A stretch of DNA of 64,000 bases from Paraphysomonas bandaiensis (taxonomy: Eukaryota; Protista; Chrysophyceae). The notes beneath the pieces are model-generated. The model was given only the letters and a program-made list of their open reading frames with translations. It was not told where the DNA came from and searched no databases. Below, piece after piece: positions 61,501 to 64,000 of the stretch. The position numbers and the translations under genes are program-made. Each line of letters starts with the position of its first letter. The stretch's first letter is position 1. Where the stretch lies: NCBI GenBank assembly GCA_965644295.1, contig CBFFRP010000616.1, positions 124,001 to 188,000 on the forward strand, read 5' to 3'.

Positions 61501-63998
61501 GTCGTGGTGGTTCAGTGTATGTGACAGTAGGATCCGGCAACAGTGGGTCAGGTGGTGAGTTGATGTTGTCAGCTGGCGAGTCATCATCGGAGAGTGGTGG
61601 TCGTTTGACAATTGTTACTGGTTCTGGTTCTCGTGGTAGTAGTGGAGCATTGTCTTTGTTGACTGCCAATGCTGGATCATCTGGTGTGAGTGGTCAATTG
61701 GTGTTGAGTACTGGTACTGCTAGTCGAGGCAATAGTGGTTCGTTGTACATTGGCAGTGGATCTGGTGCAAGTGGTCGTGGTGGTTCAGTGTATGTGACAG
61801 TAGGATCCGGCAACAGTGGATCAGGTGGTGAGTTGATGTTGTCAGCTGGCGAGTCATCATCGGAGAGTGGTGGTCGTTTGACAATTGTTTCTGGTTATGG
61901 TTCTCGTGGCAGTAGTGGAGCATTGTCTTTGTTGACTGCCAATGCTGGATCATCTGGTGTGAGTGGTCAATTGGTGTTGAGTACTGGTACTTCTAGTAGA
62001 GGCAACAGTGGTTCGTTGTACATTGGTAGTGGATCTGGTGCAAGTGGTCGTGGTGGTTCAGTGTATGTGACAGTAGGATCTGGCAACAGTGGATCAGGTG
62101 GTGAGTTGATGTTGTCAGCTGGCGAGTCATCATCGGAGAGTGGTGGTCGTTTGACAATTGTAACTGGTTTCAGTTCAGAGCGATCCAGTGGAGCATTGTC
62201 TTTGTTGACTGCTAATGCTGGATCATCTGGTGTGAGTGGTCAATTGGTGTTGAGTACTGGTACTTCTAGTCGAGGCAACAGTGGTTCGTTGTACATTGGC
62301 AGTGGATCTGCATCAAGTGGTCGTGGTGGTTCAGTGTATGTGACAGTAGGATCCGGCAACAGTGGATCAGGTGGTGAGTTGATGTTGTCAGCTGGTGAGT
62401 CATCATCGGAGAGTGGTGGTCGTTTGACAATTATAACTGGTTTCAGTTCAGAGCGATCCAGTGGAGCATTGTCTTTGTTGACTGCTAATGCTGGATCATC
62501 TGGTGTGAGTGGTCAATTGGTGTTGAGTACTGGTACTGCTAGTAGAGGCAACAGTGGTTCGTTGTACATTGGCAGTGGATCTGCATCAAGTGGTCGTGGT
62601 GGTTCAGTGTATGTGACAGTAGGATCCGGCAACAGTGGATCAGGTGGTGAGTTGATGTTGTCAGCTGGCGAGTCATCATCGGAGAGTGGTGGTCGTTTGA
62701 CAATTGTAACTGGTTTCAGTTCAGAGCGATCCAGTGGAGCATTGTCTTTGTTGACTGCTAATGCTGGATCATCTGGTGTGAGTGGTCAATTGGTGTTGAG
62801 TACTGGTACTGCTAGTAAGGGCAACAGTGGTTCGTTGTACATTGGCAGTGGATCTGGTGCAAGTGGTCGTGGTGGTTCAGTGTATGTGACAGTAGGATCT
62901 GGCAACAGTGGATCAGGTGGTGAGTTGATGTTGTCAGCTGGCGAGTCATCATCGGAGAGTGGTGGTCGTTTGACAATAGTAACTGGTTCTGGGTCTGTGG
63001 GAAGTAGTGGAGCGTTGTCTTTGTTGACTGCTAATGCTGGATCATCTGGTGTGAGTGGTCAATTGGTGTTGAGTACCGGTACTTCTAGTCGAGGCAACAG
63101 TGGTTCGTTGTATATTGGTAGTGGATCTGCATCAAGTGGTCGTGGTGGGTCAGTGTATGTGACAGTAGGATCTGGCAACAGTGGATCAGGTGGTGAGTTG
63201 GCATTATCTGCTGGTACTTCATCTTCCCAGAGTGGTGGTCGTTTGACAATTGTTTCTGGTTATGGTTCTCGTGGCAGCAGTGGAGCATTGTCTTTGTTGA
63301 CTGCTAATGCTGGATCATCTGGTGTGAGTGGTCAATTGGTGTTGAGTACTGGAACTTCTAGTCGAGGCAACAGTGGTTCGTTGTACATTGGCAGTGGATC
63401 TGCATCAAGTGGTCGTGGTGGTTCAGTGTATGTGACAGTAGGATCTGGCAACAGTGGATCAGGTGGAGAGTTGATGTTGTCAGCTGGCGAGTCATCATCG
63501 GAGAGTGGTGGTCGTTTGACAATAGTTACTGGTTTCAGTTCAGAGCGATCTAGTGGAGCATTGTCTTTGTTGACTGCTAATGCTGGATCATCAGGTGTGA
63601 GTGGTCAATTGGTGTTGAGTACTGGAACTGCTAGTAAGGGCAACAGTGGTTCGTTGTATATTGGTAGTGGATCTGCATCAAGTGGTCGTGGTGGTTCAGT
63701 GTATGTGACAGTAGGATCCGGCAACAGTGGATCAGGTGGTGAGTTGATGTTGTCAGCTGGCGAGTCATCATCGGAGAGTGGTGGTCGTTTGACAATAGTT
63801 ACTGGTTCTGGAGCTGTGGGAAGTAGTGGAGCATTGTCTTTGTTGACTGCTAATGCAGGATCATCTGGTGTGAGTGGTCAATTGGTGTTGAGTACTGGTA
63901 CTTCTAGTCGAGGCAACAGTGGTTCGTTGTATATTGGTAGTGGATCTGCATCAAGTGGTCGTGGTGGTTCAGTGTATGTGACAGTAGGATCTGGCAAC
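3..63998 (+). CDS. Giant Gly/Ser-rich beta-helical repeat protein with internal S74/ICA chaperone-autoprotease domains (partial at both ends, about 21,330 aa in window)
   Basis: Frame 3 reads HVSVIPEYKLEDRGVSFKNFHQVDK... at nt 3 and ...RGGSVYVTVGSGN at nt 63998. It is in the same frame with no stop wherever I translated it by hand (around 0.1, 10.2-10.7, 17, 40.7-41.4, 53-55, 60.5 and 64 kb). The ORF track has no frame-3 + strand ORF despite an in-frame ATG at 87, which fits no stop codon anywhere in the window. All repeat offsets are multiples of 3, and codon structure is strong (GGT/TCT/AGT/GTT). Confidence 0.93.
4781..6646 (+). repeat. Tandem 810-bp (270-aa) coding repeat, about 2.3 copies
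   Basis: 'atctggaactgccactatgt' occurs at 4781, 5591 and 6401. Shadow ORFs are offset by 810. Confidence 0.93.
8880..9184 (+). repeat. Block of about 305 bp duplicated at 12063..12367 (offset 3183); its first ~105 bp also occurs at 1449..1553
   Basis: Shared sequence encodes RGGDxSGPGSVGGDVS(I/V)SSGVGSTGGSVDIRSATG-IEGLGGSIR.EAQASELRAG. Shadow ORFs end at 9129 and 12312. Confidence 0.88.
10185..10433 (+). other. Non-repetitive pre-ICA 'neck' domain (about 80 aa), copy A
   Basis: Translates ...VDVHSSGGISLKVPVSSDATSTMIAFGYEDPSTGNSKYDLRLQQSSDSTRSIVASAPLQVSKVDYP and is visibly homologous to 40764..41009. Confidence 0.75.
10434..10745 (+). other. Peptidase S74/ICA domain, copy 2, catalytic Ser replaced by Ala (predicted non-cleaving)
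   Basis: ADSRIKRDIDTVDTDSLLHRLNQVKIQSYRYTKDWLEARDDIEDIRVRGVIAEDLAQVFPEHV...KNFHQVDKTSLMMDMIAAMQ. It fits the S-D-x-R-x-K...Y.Y...GVIAQE...P..V pattern of S74 chaperones, but has GCC (Ala) at 10434. Confidence 0.88.
10615..12167 (+). repeat. Second copy of 1..1553
   Basis: Begins 'agcatgtttcagtcatcccgg' at 10615. Identity ends after 'gctactggt'. Confidence 0.95.
12756..15679 (+). repeat. Four copies of a ~405-bp block (12756, 13560, 14415, 15270); the last three belong to an 855-bp (285-aa) tandem unit
   Basis: The block encoding GDVLVSAGRSVSDHGATV...GSMYMYGG...SGASKTGSS recurs at offsets 804, 855 and 855. Shadow ORFs are duplicated at 13700, 14555 and 15410. Confidence 0.93.
17535..23998 (+). 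repeat. 6.46-kb duplication, copy A (copy B at 24081..30544; offset 6546 bp = 2182 codons)
   Basis: 'agtggtagtgctacactacg' occurs at 17535 and 24081. The whole series of shadow ORFs repeats with offset 6546, with only scattered SNPs. Confidence 0.96.
24081..30544 (+). repeat. 6.46-kb duplication, copy B
   Basis: Matches copy A and is separated from it by an ~82-bp in-frame spacer. Confidence 0.96.
31360..33143 (+). repeat. Third partial copy (~1.78 kb) of 27331..29114 / 20785..22568
   Basis: Offset is 4029 from copy B. Shadow ORFs 31390, 31613 and 32401 match 27361, 27584 and 28372. Confidence 0.94.
40764..41009 (+). other. Non-repetitive pre-ICA 'neck' domain, copy B
   Basis: Translates ...LELSKDHVDISSGGSASFRIPMPTGDGDSGTIGLGVLDPSSDRAVYDFRLRAFNDSSRMLIASSPMQVTKVQYS. 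It shares DPS, YDxRL and IxASxPxQVxKVxY with copy A. Confidence 0.75.
41010..41321 (+). other. Peptidase S74/ICA domain, copy 3, intact Ser-Lys dyad (predicted autocleaving)
   Basis: SDERIKRDIQPVDENSILHRLKQVQLQSYRYTEEWLGVRDDVQDVRVRGVIAQELAKVFPEHVKVIPEYTLEDKNITFKNFHQVDKTSLMMDLIAAIQEQAKRF. Ser codon TCT is at 41010 and Lys codon AAG at 41025, and the canonical GVIAQE motif is present. Confidence 0.92.
42651..44844 (+). repeat. Block of about 790 bp duplicated (42651..43437 and 44058..44844; offset 1407 bp)
   Basis: The segment encoding GISGGASNGLGYGGNVDISSG...RGGDIDISSG appears twice. Shadow ORFs 42496 and 43903 are offset by 1407. Confidence 0.92.
46361..51388 (+). repeat. Mosaic array of an 810-bp (270-aa) unit with full and partial copies interrupted by unique segments
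   Basis: The unit start 'gacaggcgacagttcggattca' occurs at about 46361, 47171, 47981, 48776, 49586 (short) and 51230, with a variant near 50420. Unique inserts lie at about 48304..48555 and 49617..50425. Identical shadow ORFs occur at 46573, 47383, 48988 and 50632. Confidence 0.9.
53250..54725 (+). repeat. Degenerate precursors of the 91-aa repeat
   Basis: Diverged units such as LLTANYGKGGLSGEIQLSTG, LRTSNAGPAGSSGIIELTTG, IKSANAGSFGSSGKIDLMTG and VKTANAGIAGVSGHLMLLSG match the TANAGSSGVSGQLVLSTG motif of the array. Confidence 0.8.
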
Positions 63999-64000
63999 AG
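54726..64000 (+). repeat. Coding tandem array of about 34 x 273-bp (91-aa) units, continuing past the window end
   Basis: Consensus is GGELSLSAGTSSSQS-GGRLTIVSGYGSRGS-SGALSLLTANAGSSGV-SGQLVLSTGTSSRGN-SGSLYIGSGSASSGR-GGSVYVTVGSGNSGS (15+15+16+15+15+15 aa). Shadow ORF ends (54895, 56260, 57625, 57898 ... 63085) all differ by multiples of 273. Confidence 0.97.

Noticed and set aside
599-63288. Numerous Pro/Thr/Asp/Glu-rich and His-rich minus-strand ORFs (up to 437 aa)
   Set aside because: They are antisense shadows of GGT/TCT/GAT-rich codons of the giant + strand ORF. They repeat exactly with its duplications and have no independent domain signal.
54726-64000. CRISPR array or non-coding satellite
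   Set aside because: The 273-bp units have no unique spacers, keep an open frame, and vary mainly by synonymous or conservative codon changes, so this is a coding repeat.
1-64000. Whole window being an assembly artefact
   Set aside because: Long unique stretches, diverged ICA paralogues with synonymous-biased change and copy-specific SNPs argue for a real gene. Exact copy numbers of the near-identical repeats still need long-read confirmation.

Overview
The whole 64 kb window appears to be the interior of one giant + strand reading frame (frame 3, 3..63998, about 21,330 codons). Both its start and its stop lie outside the window, which is probably why the supplied ORF track omits it; the listed ORFs are antisense or off-frame shadows. 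The protein is mostly Gly/Ser-rich beta-solenoid-like 'rungs' of about 11-16 aa ([SG]G-x-[VIL]-x-[VIL]-x-[STAG]G plus a loop). Three internal Peptidase S74 / intramolecular chaperone autoprocessing (ICA) domains, resembling MYRF ICA and phage tailspike chaperones, interrupt the rungs. One is partial at 3..131, one at 10434..10745 has Ala in place of the catalytic Ser (ADSRIK), and one at 41010..41321 has an intact Ser-Lys dyad (SDERIK). The gene has grown by many in-frame internal duplications (offsets 810, 855, 1407, 4029, 6546 and 10614 bp). It ends in at least 34 tandem 273-bp (91-aa) units that show patchwork gene conversion. The best interpretation (inference) is a multi-megadalton, possibly self-cleaving, trimeric beta-helical fibre polyprotein with both active and catalytically dead folding nodes. 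I saw no RNA genes, mobile elements, CRISPR arrays or intergenic DNA. The organism cannot be determined; the MYRF-like ICA hints at a eukaryote.
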